From: the human T2T-CHM13v2.0 reference genome, Homo sapiens
DNA: 64,000 bases
Assembly: GCF_009914755.1 (NCBI RefSeq)
Contig: NC_060926.1
Direction: 5' to 3' (one strand)
Every line of letters begins with the position of its first letter. Within the stretch, counting starts at the first letter, position 1. Below are positions 32,389-47,232 of this stretch, one piece after another. The position numbers and the translations under genes were made by a program. Under the pieces are notes generated by a model that ran no database searches, was not told where the DNA came from, and worked only from the letters and a program-made list of their open reading frames with translations.

Positions 32389-33679
32389 GTAATGCTCCTG
32401 TTTGCCAAAGGTGGCTTCCTCTTTGGCTTTTTTATTCTGCTTCTAGGGCTGCTCCAGACTAGACTCATGTGAGCCAGGTGCTCCCAGTGTATTGCTGGCA
32501 GGAGAAGGGTGTGTCAGGGCCACTGTGGCAACTACAATAGGGATTTCCGGCTTAACGTCACAGATTTCCATGATTATAGAAAAGGAGGCGTTTAGGCTGG
32601 TTTTGCTAATCAGATCATTTACCCAAGTACCCAGGCTGAGAACTGATTTTATTTGTATATCTTTATGTCATGTAATACAAACCTAGAGGAAGAGAATAAG
32701 CTGGTGTTTGTTATTAAGTAGGGGAGTGGGTTTGTCTGATGGGCTTCTTTATGTATGATAAACTGAATTAAATTCCCAAAGACTGAAAGACAAATTTGCT
32801 TCTTCTAGAGGATGAGACAGCTTCTATTACCTCTCCTAGCTTGCTTGTTATTTTTAAAAACAACCAGAAAATTGCTGGTGGTGGGCTCTCTTTTCAGAGT
32901 GAGTTACCATGGACAATATTTAACAGTTACTGAGCTGGACCTGAGCTACTGTAAGTTCCTGAATGCCAAGTACAAAAATTCAGAAGAAAAATTAGGAGGA
33001 AACTACATTCTGCAAAAAGAGCCATGAATGGGCTTTTTTACCCTTCCCGTGTGCTCCAACACCTCTGTCATTGCTGTCATCCCTCTTCCTTGTGATTTTC
33101 TATCTCATGCTGGCCTCTCCCCGGACATCAGACTGTGAGCTCCTTGAGAGCAAGGCCTGGCCATTTTCCTCTGCTTTCCCAGAGCCTGGACTGACCTGGA
33201 ACTAGAGTAGCTGTCCCGTAAGTGTGCAGGCAGAGGCTGGGCCTGGCACAGCTTGATGGACCAGCCCCACCTCAAGCAGATGGCCCTTAAGGTCTCCTTG
33301 AGGACAGGCCCCCTTCCCAATCCAGGGGCTGCAGACCAGACCCTTGGAAGGCTGGGCTATGAGGAGTCACAGTAGCCATTGCCCGACTGTGCCAAGGCAA
33401 GGATGCTCCCTGGCTTAACCCTCTGGCATCAGGGCTACACCTGCTCACTCTAGCCAAGTCCAGGGAAGAGAGGTGGTAGGCCGACTCTCCTTGCTTTCTC
33501 CTCTGAGAATTCTCCCGGGCCCTGCAACTGATGTTTTGATTATGAAATGGGGAGCCCCATCCTCATAAATTCAGGATCCTCTTGCAGGGTGCCTGGTGAC
33601 AGTCGGGACCTTTCTCAAGTGAGTGAGCATATCCAGCTCACCATCCTCAGGCACTGAGCCAGGCCAGGCCTGCGGTTAT

Positions 33680-34345
33680 TGTTGTCATTTTCACTGAAGT
33701 ATACCATATATACAGAGAAGTGCAGAAATTGTAAGTACACAGAATTACCCCATTGAATACACTTGTAAGCAGCTCCCAAGTCAAGACACCAAACTTTACC
33801 AGCACCCAGAAGCTCCTCCAGTCACAGGTTCCCATCAGGGATAACCACTATCCTGACTTCTAATAGGATTTTTTAAATAACAGCTTAATCGAGATATAAT
33901 TTACATATCATACAATTCATGTATTTAAAGTGTGTAAGTCAGTGGTTTTGGTATATTTATCACAGCTTGGTTTTGTCTATGTAGATGAAATGAAGCAGTA
34001 TGTACCTTCGCATTGGCTTCTTTTGCTCAAAAATTCATAAATTCATTCACTTTCATTGCTTAATACTATTCCACTGTGTAATATACCACATAGCAATTAT
34101 CTCTCTGTCAGTGGCCATTTAGGTCATTGCTTGTTTGAGGCTATTACAAACATTGTCACTATGAACATGTTCTTGTACACATCTTCAGCAAACATGTCTG
34201 TACACATTTTGTTGGGCACATACTCCCGGGAATGGAATTGCAGGGCCCATAGGGTACACTTAGGTTCAGCTTTAATAGGTAATGCCAAATAGTTTTCCAG
34301 ACTGGTTGTAACAATTTATGCTCCCAGCAGTAGTGTAAGAGAGGC
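33680..34345 (-). mobile_element. Old L1ME-like 3' fragment(s)
   Basis: gataaccactatcctgacttcta, gaatggaattgcagggcccatagggt, ttccagactggttgtaacaattta. Confidence 0.7.
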
Positions 34346-36248
34346 CACAGTATTTAACACTGACATCACCAGTCCATTCTGGGGTCCATTCTGTAGCATG
34401 CTCAGGGCTTGCACTAAAAAATGCACCTTCCTAGTTACTGTCCCTGTTTGGAGGAGTCCTTTAGGCCAGGGTCAGATGCCACACTGTCACTATGCTGTCT
34501 ACCAGCCTCGCGGTGGGCAGACTGGCCTCCTTTGTCTCATTTTCCACATTGTCATCTGCTAGGGCCTCATTAGCCAAGAGCGACTGGTTTTCCCCTGAGA
34601 ACCATCAGCTCTTTACAGCTGATGAAGAGCTCTGCACACGTGTCTTTATGCAAGGTGGTGAGTAACTCTTGATCTTTTCTGCTTCTCATCCACGCAAGCA
34701 GCTGCCTCCAAAAAACATCTAAAGGCCCCTGTGTGACGAAAGGCCCCAGATCTCCCATTTCTACAGGTTCAGGCTGCCTCAGGAGCCCCAGTCCATGTCA
34801 GGCCCTAGTTGTAGGGAATTTAAGAGACCACAGACCCCAGGCGACCCTGGCAGCTGGTATCACTTAAACTGACACTTTGTTATATCCATGCCCTAAGAAA
34901 GATTGTAACTGTCCTTGTGCCCCAGCCCTCACATTAAGCCTCTGTCGTGGTGGCCTCGTTCTACCTGGACTCCATTAGTAGATCCTGCCCAGAGTCCTGA
35001 AATTCCTGCCCTTGACCCCTCCACTCCACACCAAGATTTCCCCTTTATGTTGTGGCTCCTGCAGCCGAATGGTGTAGCTTCCCAGTTTCTGAAAATCTCC
35101 CGCGGAGAGTAAATGCTCTCCTACTGAAACGCTGATGGGGACGGGTGGATTTAATTATTCACACCGCCTGTGGCACCCATGCAGAGGCCGCGCACCCTGA
35201 TGGACCGCCGCTGACCTACTTAGTATGCTCTAAGAAAGGTTGATTCACTTTAAGCATCTGGGTTTATAATAGAACAGTAATCCCAAGGAAAATCTCACCC
35301 GAACGATTAGCCAAGAAAGAAGGAGAGATCAAGTTGCATCTTTTTGTTCTTGTCAGACAGATAGCGGGGCCCTGAACCCTGCACACAACACCCCACCCCC
35401 GCCCCGCCCCACCCCAGCTAGCGTCTGCTTGTTGATTTGGCAGCAGCAGCAGCTGGACTAGGAAAACAAAACAGTTGAAAGCCTGGCCTTTCCGAGAACA
35501 TCTGGGCCTCCATTGTACTTGACCTCCAGGGATTTCTCTCCAGTACTTCTTTAGCCCACGCCTCGCTGGCCCCAGCCTCTGAAAGAGGCTGTGGCAGGCT
35601 CTGCCTGGCTCCCCTGCTCACAGCCTGGTCACTTGACCCTCCTCCCTGCCCCAGGCAGCACCCCCACAACACCCCACCACCTGCAGGCCCCGCCCTCCCC
35701 AGGCCCAGAACTAGGGTTTCCAGACGGTGCCAGGACCACCTGCTGGCTAACAATACAGACCTCATTCCAAAAAGGAGGTTATCTCCGTGGGGTGGCAGGG
35801 GGAGAGGGAGTGAGGAGGGAGAGTCAGTGACACCAACTGTGTTCAGAAGGACCAGAATTTTAGTCTGGTTGTGGGGTCTCATATTATTATTATTCTGCTT
35901 AAGTAGATGTTGCACTTAGTCTCTTTCATATGTATCTAGTATTACAGAGTAAAGAATGTTCTTACAGGCTCTTGAGCTCCACCCACCAATGGCTCTCCAG
36001 GGCCAGGTGAAAATATCAGAATCAGGTTTTTAAAACTACAAGCATTCATAAGCAAATCAGGTATGTGGCAAAATAAAAATAAATATAGGTACCAGCCCCT
36101 CACTAAGATATTGATAGCGAGGACAGACACGTGCAACTGAACAAGCTTCCTATGTGCCTTTTCTGCCTCCCTATCCCTACAAACATATTTTAAGGACCGC
36201 TGTCTAGGCCAGTGATTTTCACCCTTTGGAAGCAAATTACATCAGAAC

Positions 36249-37083
<835 letters not shown>

Positions 37084-37317
37084 AAACCACTTGGGGAATT
37101 TTTGAAAGATCCAGTGTCCAGTCCCCAGCCCAGCCCAGCCCAGTTGACTCTAGGTCTGTGTCCTCCCCATCATCCCTGGTGATTCTGAGGAACTTTGAGG
37201 GGTTTGAGTGGCACAGGCTGTACTCCTGTTGCCCATCCGACCCTCACCTTGTGAGCCAGGGCTGACATCCGAATCCCCTGGGTCTGCCTTGGGGAAGCTT
37301 GGGCCTGTCTTGTTTTG

Positions 37318-37365
37318 ACCTTGCTGGTCTTTCTTATTTGCACCTTGCTGGTCTTTCTTATTTGC
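37318..37365. repeat. Perfect 24-bp tandem duplication
   Basis: accttgctggtctttcttatttgc x2. Confidence 0.95.
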
Positions 37366-38249
37366 TTCTTTCTATTCACATTGCAACACCCCCTAGTTGG
37401 GCTCCCAAACCCCAGCCCGGGGCCCAGAGCTTCTGTGCTTGTTAAGTTCCCTAACCCGGTGTCCTGACCTCCTGTCTGTACCTATGGCAATCGTCAGTGA
37501 GAGAGAAGTTGGCAGTAGCAGAGATGCCATCAAACAGAAGTCAGTCCACTTGGGGCTGGCCCTCTTCCGTGAGGGTCCAGAGACTCCCTCTTGTCTGTGC
37601 CAGAGGCTATCTCGTCCCAGAGACAGCTTCCCACCAACTCAAAATTAGCATTGGGGTATCTTACAGTCAACCTGTGGGGGAAGCCAAATCCTAATCAAGA
37701 GTGCTTGTGCAGCATGGGATCGGCCTAGGGGACAGCCAGTCTCGCAGGCTAGGGTGGCCTGCCACCCCTCACCCCCATGGAGGATCCTGCCCCTCCCTGC
37801 CCTCCCACTGCAGAGTTCTGGACCCCATCTGGTAGGGCCCTGAGGTATGTGCCGCTAGGACATAAATAAATTCCTTTTGGTGCCCAGCCTTGCCAACTTC
37901 CTCACCAAGGATCCTGTTTGTCCGCTTGGCAGGTTGCTTTTGCTACTTTTGTCTTCAAAATGCGCTCTCGTGGAATGAAGCCTATAAATGTGGCTCACTT
38001 CCTTTCTTCTTTTTCTTCAACTCCAGTATTCTGTTTCTGGTAAATTCTGGCCAAAATTTCTTTCCCGTCTTTAAGCTCTGCAATGACACTTCCTGCTCAT
38101 GGGGATCCAGACTCATATGGTCTTGCTTATTCATTGATATTCTCAAGTTTTCTTATCTCTCCATCCCTGCGAGAAGTTGGGTGACACCTTAGAAATCATC
38201 TAGTCCCACCCACCCATTGATAGGAGACCCAGAGAGGATGCATGAACGT

Positions 38250-38548
38250 GCCAGGCGCTGTGGCTCATGCCACTAATCCCAGCACTTTGGGAGGCCAAGC
38301 GGGGAAGATCACTTGAGCCCAGGAGTTTGAGAGCAGCCTGGGCAACATGGCAAAACCCCATCTCTACAAAAAATACAAAAATTAGCCAGGCGTGGTGGTG
38401 TACGCTTGTAGTCCCAGCTACTCAGTAGGCTGAGTGGGGAGGATCATCTGAGCCCAGGAAAGTTGAGGCTGCAGTGAGCTGTGATTGCACCACTGCACCC
38501 CAGCCTGGGTGACAGAGTGAGACCCTGTCTCAAAACAAAAACAAAAAC
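38250..38548 (+). mobile_element. AluJ
   Basis: Full dimer. Confidence 0.9.
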
Positions 38549-39398
38549 AGGAGTTTGAGGTTGCATGAGTAGCCCACATCCCAGGGCCAGTTGGACCAGA
38601 AGGCAGGTTTCTCAGCCTTTCACCACCCTGTTCAAGGCCTCCTGAGACCTCGGGACTGAACAATCACCCCTTTCAGCCTGTGGCCTCTTGGTTGGCTGTA
38701 TGCAAATATTTCTCTTGCTATTCTGTGGCCCCAAATTTTGCTGGACCAGATGAGGGTGTCTCAGAATGGATTTGCATCAGGCAGGCAGCTGAGCGAGGTC
38801 TCTGCCTGCCCAAGACAGTAGCTTTATGAAATGCTGCTCCTCCCTGCAGGAATAACTGATGTCAGCGCCTTAGAGCTAAACAGTTTTTACTATGTATAAA
38901 TGGTGTTTGTAAGGATTAGATGAGATGATGCATGACAAATGCTTCACATAGTCCCTGTCACAGAATACATATACAATAAATGCTAGTCCCCAGGCTGGGA
39001 CTACCTGCTTCCACCCCAGGCTCTTTTCTTCCAGTTCCTTGAGAAAAGATCCACCGACTTTGGCTTCACAATGAAATTGCTCCACTGTGCACCGAGTGCC
39101 CATGCTACCTGTGTCCCTGGGCTTGGCCAGCAGGCACCCTGGCAGGCCTTCTCTGGGAATCGGCCCTCACCTCCCAGCTCGTTTTCCATGCTCGTTCTTC
39201 CTGCTGCCCTACCACCCCTCCGGCCTAGCTGTGGGGGCTGGGATTGGCATAGCTGGGCTCCTCTCTCCACTTTCTTCTGTGACTCACCTGTAGGCTGTAA
39301 AGAGCCCTGTGAAGGCTTCATGAAGTGACTTCCCCTCCCCTGCCACCTGGAGGACATCCCTCTACCCCCTCCATCGGTACTTAGTCTGCTTGTAGAGG

Positions 39399-40295
<897 letters not shown>

Positions 40296-40389
40296 AGGGA
40301 GTCACATGCAAAAACATGGCTATCCTATAGACATTTTGCCCTAGTACATCTCCACTCCACCTATTTTGCTTAAACTACCTAAATCATAA

Positions 40390-41041
<652 letters not shown>

Positions 41042-41579
41042 CACATTTACATTTTTAAAATAAAAAATCACCTTGGCCCCCCTTCATCTCACGGCTCTCT
41101 CTATGCCTGATGTCGTGTCCCTGCAATGGCTCCCTGTTGTCTAAGACATCAAGTTTGGATGTATGGATCTTCCCCCTGGGCAACCCCTGATCTGACCTTG
41201 CCCTCCCATCGACCCATCATGGCCAGCTGCTCCCCACACGCACCCATCCATCAGGAAGATGCCCTCCATGGACACCCCATGCTGCCTGTTGCCATCTCTC
41301 TCCACCCCTGCACAGAGCCCCTCCTTCAAGGCGAACAGCCTCTCGTGGCACTCCTCCTCCAGCTAACCCAGCTCCAGGATGTCACTTTCTTCTCGCCAGC
41401 TGAAATAACTTGTCATCCTAGGGCTTTCAAATTGTTTCCCATGTTAAGTTTGTTTCTCAACAAGATTGAAGACCCTTTGAGGAGCAGAGACCACGATTTA
41501 ACTTGTGACTAGCCACAGAGCCCGCGTAGCCCTAACGGTGTAGTCGACATCCAAGAAATGGATGTCAGCATGGAGTGGG

Positions 41580-41790
41580 AGTTATCAGCACAGACTGGGG
41601 CTATGAATGCTGGAGTTCGGATTTCAGCTCCACATTTGCTTGCTATGTCATGTGGGCAAGTTAATCTCTCTGTTCCTCCATTGTCGTATGTCTTTAAAAG
41701 TGCTAATTGAGTTATTATTTGTAAAGAACTTAAAAGAATACTTGGTGCTTATTAAGCATTATGTGAATGTTTGTTAAATAAATAAATAGA
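41580..41790. mobile_element. MIR
   Basis: tgggcaagttaatctctctgttcctca...gtaaagaacttaaaagaatacttggtgc. Confidence 0.7.
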
Positions 41791-43104
41791 TCATGTTGAT
41801 CAAAGTCAGATCCCTTAAAAATCCATTTGTACGAGCATACATATAAAACAGTTAAGCATCAAATAGGAACTGAAAGAACTGGATTTCATTCCTAGCGTTC
41901 GAATTTCTGTGTGTGTTTTAGATTTCAAACAGAGTCTGATAGTAATAGTGATAAATTCTAGATAATTTTCTGTCTTCTCTCTTTCTCTTAAAGGCAGAAA
42001 TAGCCAGCAATAAACTCTGCAGGCATCAGGAGCTATTTAAAGGTGTCCTGCTTCAAACCAGCTACTTGCTTAACAAAACCTTGCTGGCAACTTTCATTCT
42101 ACGTGTACATTAATTGGTAGGCCAAAATGTAGGCCAGGTTGATCCTTCTTAGAACTGATGTGAATGAGGAGATCTATCGTTTCTTATAAATTTGTATCTC
42201 TGGTATTGGGAAAAAACCTCCTATGGTGACCAAGCAGCTCCTCAACTTCTAGAATAGTGTTTGCAAAGAATTTATCAATGCAGATTATTGCATTTTTAAA
42301 ACCTTTGATTCAGAATAAAATAAATACACCCTCTGTGATTGAGGCCAAGTGTCTTGGCAATCTTTCGTGCTTAGTACAAGAAGCTTTGCTTTATGCTGTC
42401 ATCCACTGGAATTTATAAAAGGAAAAAAGGAAGAAGAAAAATATATACTGTATGTGCACTTCAATGATACATATTGCACATGAATGCCATTTTTCTGTCT
42501 TCTTCCATTTTTCTCCCTTCTTCCTCTTTTTCTTTTCTTAAATTAAGCTTGTATCTTTTTTAATATTTCAAGAAATATTTGAATATGGCCTTTTCTCAAT
42601 TGGAAATATCTGTTCTCCCAAACCTCACAGAGGTTACCTTTGAAGTTGCCATATTTGTGTTGAAAATAAGGGACATATCTTGGTTCATTTACAGGTAGAA
42701 ATTTGCGTAGGTGCCAGATCATCTCCCCTGGATAGTTTCAGCCTCATTGTTCCCTTGGGTGATTACTGCAGCCAGCCACATTTTTCTCTCCTTCTGATGC
42801 TTTTTTGTTTCTTGTTGACTAAAACTGAAGCCCTATAAGGATCTTTAATTAGTAACTAAACGAATATAAAACTGTGGGCCAACTACTGTAAGAACGTTCT
42901 CACTGACCATTGTTTCTCACTCATATTGCACACACATCACACACACCATCTCACATTCACACTCGCTCTCACACACACAATTTTAGAGCTGGAAGTACCA
43001 TTAGAGATTAATAAATACTACCCCTAATTCATAAATAATTTTCCTGTTTAGACTTAAACGATCCACAGTATTCTCAATTAATATTTTAAAATAAAATTAA
43101 ACAA

Positions 43105-43410
43105 GGCGGGGCTCAGTGGCTCGGTGGCTCACGCCTGTAATCCCAAAGCTTTGGGAGGCCAAGGCAAGAGGATCACTTGAGGCCAGGAGTTTAAGACCAG
43201 CCTAGGCAACATAGTGAAACCCCATCTCTACAAAAAATACAAAAATTAGCCAAGCATGATGGTGTGTACCTATAGACCTAGCTACTAGGGAGGCTGAGGC
43301 AGGAGGAGTTTGAGCTCACTTGAGCTCAGAAGTTTGAGGCTGCAGTGAGCTATGATCATGCCACTGCACTCCAGTGACAGAACAAGACCCTGTCTAAAAA
43401 CAAAAAAAAA
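43105..43410 (+). mobile_element. AluJ
   Basis: Full dimer. Confidence 0.9.
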
Positions 43411-43509
43411 ATTGGTAAATGTTAGTGAACTCCACTGTTGGGAAGAATATGTCTAGAAAGAGGAGAACATGATTAGGTAACCTGGGAAGCCACCTTTAAA
43501 AAAAAAAGG

Positions 43510-44975
43510 TATAATTAATGTTTGATAAGCTGCACATTTTAAAGTATACAGTTTGATACATTTTGACATATACATACATCAAGAAGCCATCACAATATAA
43601 TAAACATATCCACCATTCCTGAAAGTTTCTTTGTGTTCCTGTAATTTTCCCCCAGCTCTCACCCCAGGTTACCACTATTTTATGTCACTATAGATTAGTT
43701 TGCATTTTCTACTATTTCTATATAAATGGAGCAATGCGATATGCATTCCTTTTTTTGTCTGGTTTCTTTCGCTCAGTAGTATTAAGTTTTTGGCTGTTAA
43801 AGATAAAGCTACTGTGAACATTCATATACATATATTTGTGTGGACATAGGCTTTTATTTCCCTTGGGTAATTACCCGGAAGTGGAATGTGTCTGTTTTAT
43901 GGTAGGTCTACATTTAGCTTTTTAAGAAATTGCCACCTGGTTTCCAAAGTGGTTGTAACAATTTTTTTTTCCCCATCAGTAGTGACTCCATATCATTCCC
44001 ACCACTTGTTGTGGTCAGTCTTTTTAATTTTAGCCGTTCTAATAGGTGTGTAGTGGTATCTCAGTGTGGTTACAATGTGCATTTCCTTAGTGACTAGTGT
44101 TGAATGTCTTTACATGTGCCTATATGCCTTCTATATGTTTTCAGTGAAGTGTCTGCTCACACCTTTTACCCATGTTTTAGTAAGTTGTTGGCTTTTAAAA
44201 ATCTGAATATAAGAGTTGTTTTCTTTTTTTCTTTCTTCTTCTTCTTTTTTTTTTTTTTTTTTTAGTAGAGACAGGGTTTCACCAGTTGGCCAGGCTGGTC
44301 CTGAATGATTGACCTCAGTTGATCTGCCCGCCCCAGCCTCCCAAAGTGCTGGGATTACAGGTGTGAGCCACCACACCCAGCCCAAAAGTTGTTTATATAG
44401 TCTAATTACAAGCCATTTATTAGATATATGTTTTGCAAATTTTTCTCCCAGTCTGTTACTTACTTTTTCATTTTCTTAAGTGTTTTTTGAAGAGCAGTAG
44501 TTTTTAATTTTGAAGTCCAATTTATCGATTTTTTTATTTCTACTTCATGCTTTTTGTGCTATAATCAAGAAATTTTTTCAGAATCCAAGGTCTCTAAGAT
44601 TTTCCCCTATGTTTTCTTTTAGAAGTTTGTAATTTTAGCTTTTACAGTTCAGTCTATGATCTGTTTTAAGTTAATTTTTATACATGGTATGTGGTATCTA
44701 TGTTCAGTTTTTTTTTTTTTTTTTTTGCAAATGGCTATCCAATTGTTCCAGAGCCATTTGTTGAAAAGATTATCCCTTGTCAAAAATCAATTGACCATAC
44801 ATGTGCCAGCCTATTTGTGGACTCTTCTCTTCTTTTGATCTGTTTGTCTATTTTTACACCAATACCACAGTCTCTTAATTATTGTAACTTTACAGTAAGT
44901 CTTGAAAGCGGGCAGTGTATGTCTTCCAACTCTGTTCTTTTTCAAAGTTGTATGACTATTTTATGTCCTTGGAAG
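43510..44975 (-). mobile_element. L1M(C/D/E) 3' fragment with an Alu left arm at 44220-44383
   Basis: Antisense L1 3'UTR/ORF2 motifs. Confidence 0.8.
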
Positions 44976-46689
44976 CAAATAGTTTAGTGCAGGCTGCAAA
45001 TCAAAAACATAGAGAAACGAATGCATTAACCAAGCACTTGATCAACATTCTCAGTCCTTAACATGGTCCCTTTCTGTTGGCTAAAAGTCAGGAATTTTCT
45101 TTAAAATTTTCTCAAGTTATTTGGAGGGAAAAATCTATGACATGATTATAAATATTGATGTAAATATATTGTCTTCGTATCATCCATGTCTAATTTAAAG
45201 TAAATTACAATGACATCAAGGGGAAGAGCGCATGCTTCCTCTTGCCTTAGATTTAGAGTTGGTGGAGAAGAGGGGTAGGCTGGGGGCTCCTGAAAGGACT
45301 AGATTGGGATTAAACTTTTCCTGGACTGAATCTAACCACTGAACCATCGCCCCTCTCCCTTTCCCTCAGTCAGGTTTCCATTCTTTACAGAATCCTTTGT
45401 TACCGTCAGGCCTGGGCTGGAGCTTCTCTTTTCTGGTTTAGTGCCTTGATTCTCACACTGCCAGGCAAAACACACTCCAGGACTTAGGTTTAGGAGGGCA
45501 CTTTGGCTCTCAATCTCAAAGCCCTAGACTTAGTGGCCATCAAAGAATATATTTTTCCCACCAGGTGGAAAATACAGTGCTCAAAATGGGGTGTGTTCAG
45601 CCCCTGAGGGGATCTGGGACCACAGACCCCGAGCTGGTGCGTGGCAGCACATGGTTCTCACAGGACCTGAGGTTAGGCGTCCATCCCCCAACCCCTCTGC
45701 AATCGGGATGCCCCTGAGCTGTCAGGTCCAGACCTCAGGCCCACCCATCAGAGCACTTCCACACCCATTCATCACTTATTTTGATCTTTGAAGGCCCCTC
45801 GGGCAGATCTTATCATCCTTCCTTTGCAGGCAGAAAGCAGCGTCCCAGAGAGGTGAAATAACTTGCCAAGCTAATAAGGGCAGGGCAGGCCTGTCTGCCG
45901 CCCATTGACTCACAGCCCCCGTTCCTGGAAACCACATTTCCAGGGCGGCCTCTCGTCAGCTTTATGGCACTGTCACACCTTAGCTTTGGGACTAAAATGA
46001 GGGTCTTGCCACGTTGAGGCAGCTGAAGGATGGAGAAAGCGGAGTTACATGTGTCTTATTGCTCTCTGGCATCCGTGGGTAGCCTGGATGTTTAATAAAC
46101 ATCATCATGGCCTGCTGGCCTGTAAACGTCCCTTTTTGGGGTTAGAAGGGGTTTTGCTAAGGATGTGGGTGACAAAGGGCCTCTCAGTGTGCCTCTGTTT
46201 CAGAGCGGCTCTCCGGAAGCTGGCAGCCACATTCCCTATGCCACACAGCTCCTCTGAGGAGCCTCTCCAGTCTCCATGGAAACCGCATGTCGGGAGCCAG
46301 CCGGCTCCGTACTGTGGCTTTGTATTAAACACAATGAATTTAAATTGGATGCTCGGCAGTGAAGATAATCATTCTGGATTAGAGAGAAGCCTGGAGCTCC
46401 TCATTTCATCATTTTACATGTTGGCACAATTCTCAGTTTTCGCCCTGTAATTCAAGCCCAAGCCGCACTTACCCCTCTGTTTCTAAGCTGCAGTTAGGTC
46501 CGATTTCACTTGGGTTTTTCTCCATTCTTTGAGGAATCTTGGAGCTGGGGAGCCCCTCCGTCAGGCCAGGGCTACTCCAGCATTGTGTAAAGGAAATCAG
46601 GGGGCTCTAGAGTCTGGCTATGTGATTTTCTCAGGCCCCAGTTTTCTTATCTGTAAAATGAGAGGAGTAACCCCTCCCCTAGAGTTATT

Positions 46690-47232
46690 TTAAAAAGTAT
46701 TTATTGTGTAAACATGCAACATAAAATTTACCGTTTTGACTGTTTTTAAGCGTATGGTTCTGTGGCATGAAGTACATTCGCATTGTTGTGCAACCATCAC
46801 CACTGCCCACCTCCAAAACGTTTTCATCTTCCCCACTGGCTCTCTATTGATGAGGGTGAATGAATAAGAAGTTCCCATTAAACAGTGATTCCCCATTCCT
46901 CCCTCCCCTAGTCCCTGGCAATCACCATCTTATTTTCTGTCTCTGAATTTGACTACTCCAGGTCCCTCATATCAATGGAATCATTCTGTATTTGTTGTTT
47001 TGTGACTGGATTGTTTCACTTAGCATAAGGTCCTCAAGATTCATTCATGTTGCAGCGGGTGTCAGAATGTCCTTCCTTTTTAAGGCTGAATAATACTCCA
47101 TTGTATGTAGATAACCACATTTTGCTTCTCCATTCATCTGTCTATGGATACCTAGGTTGCTACCACCTTTTAGCTGCTGTGAATGCTATGAACATGGGTG
47201 TACAAATACCTATTTGAGTTCCTGCTTTCCAT
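46690..47232 (-). mobile_element. L1MB 3' end fragment
   Basis: aacataaaatttaccgttttgac...ttgtgcaaccatcacc...gtttcacttagcataaggtcctcaagattcattcatgttg. Confidence 0.85.

Noticed and set aside
32389-32472. C-terminal extension VMLLFAKGG... of ORF 32128..32472
   Set aside because: Intron read-through past a canonical AAG|gtaatg donor.
35180-35216. Possible REST/RE1 site (gcaccctgatggaccgccgc)
   Set aside because: Poor match to TTCAGCACCnnGGACAG; no canonical RE1 was seen in the window.
41546-41566. Hairpin gacatcca-agaaa-tggatgtc
   Set aside because: 8-bp stem at chance level, within old repeat-derived sequence.
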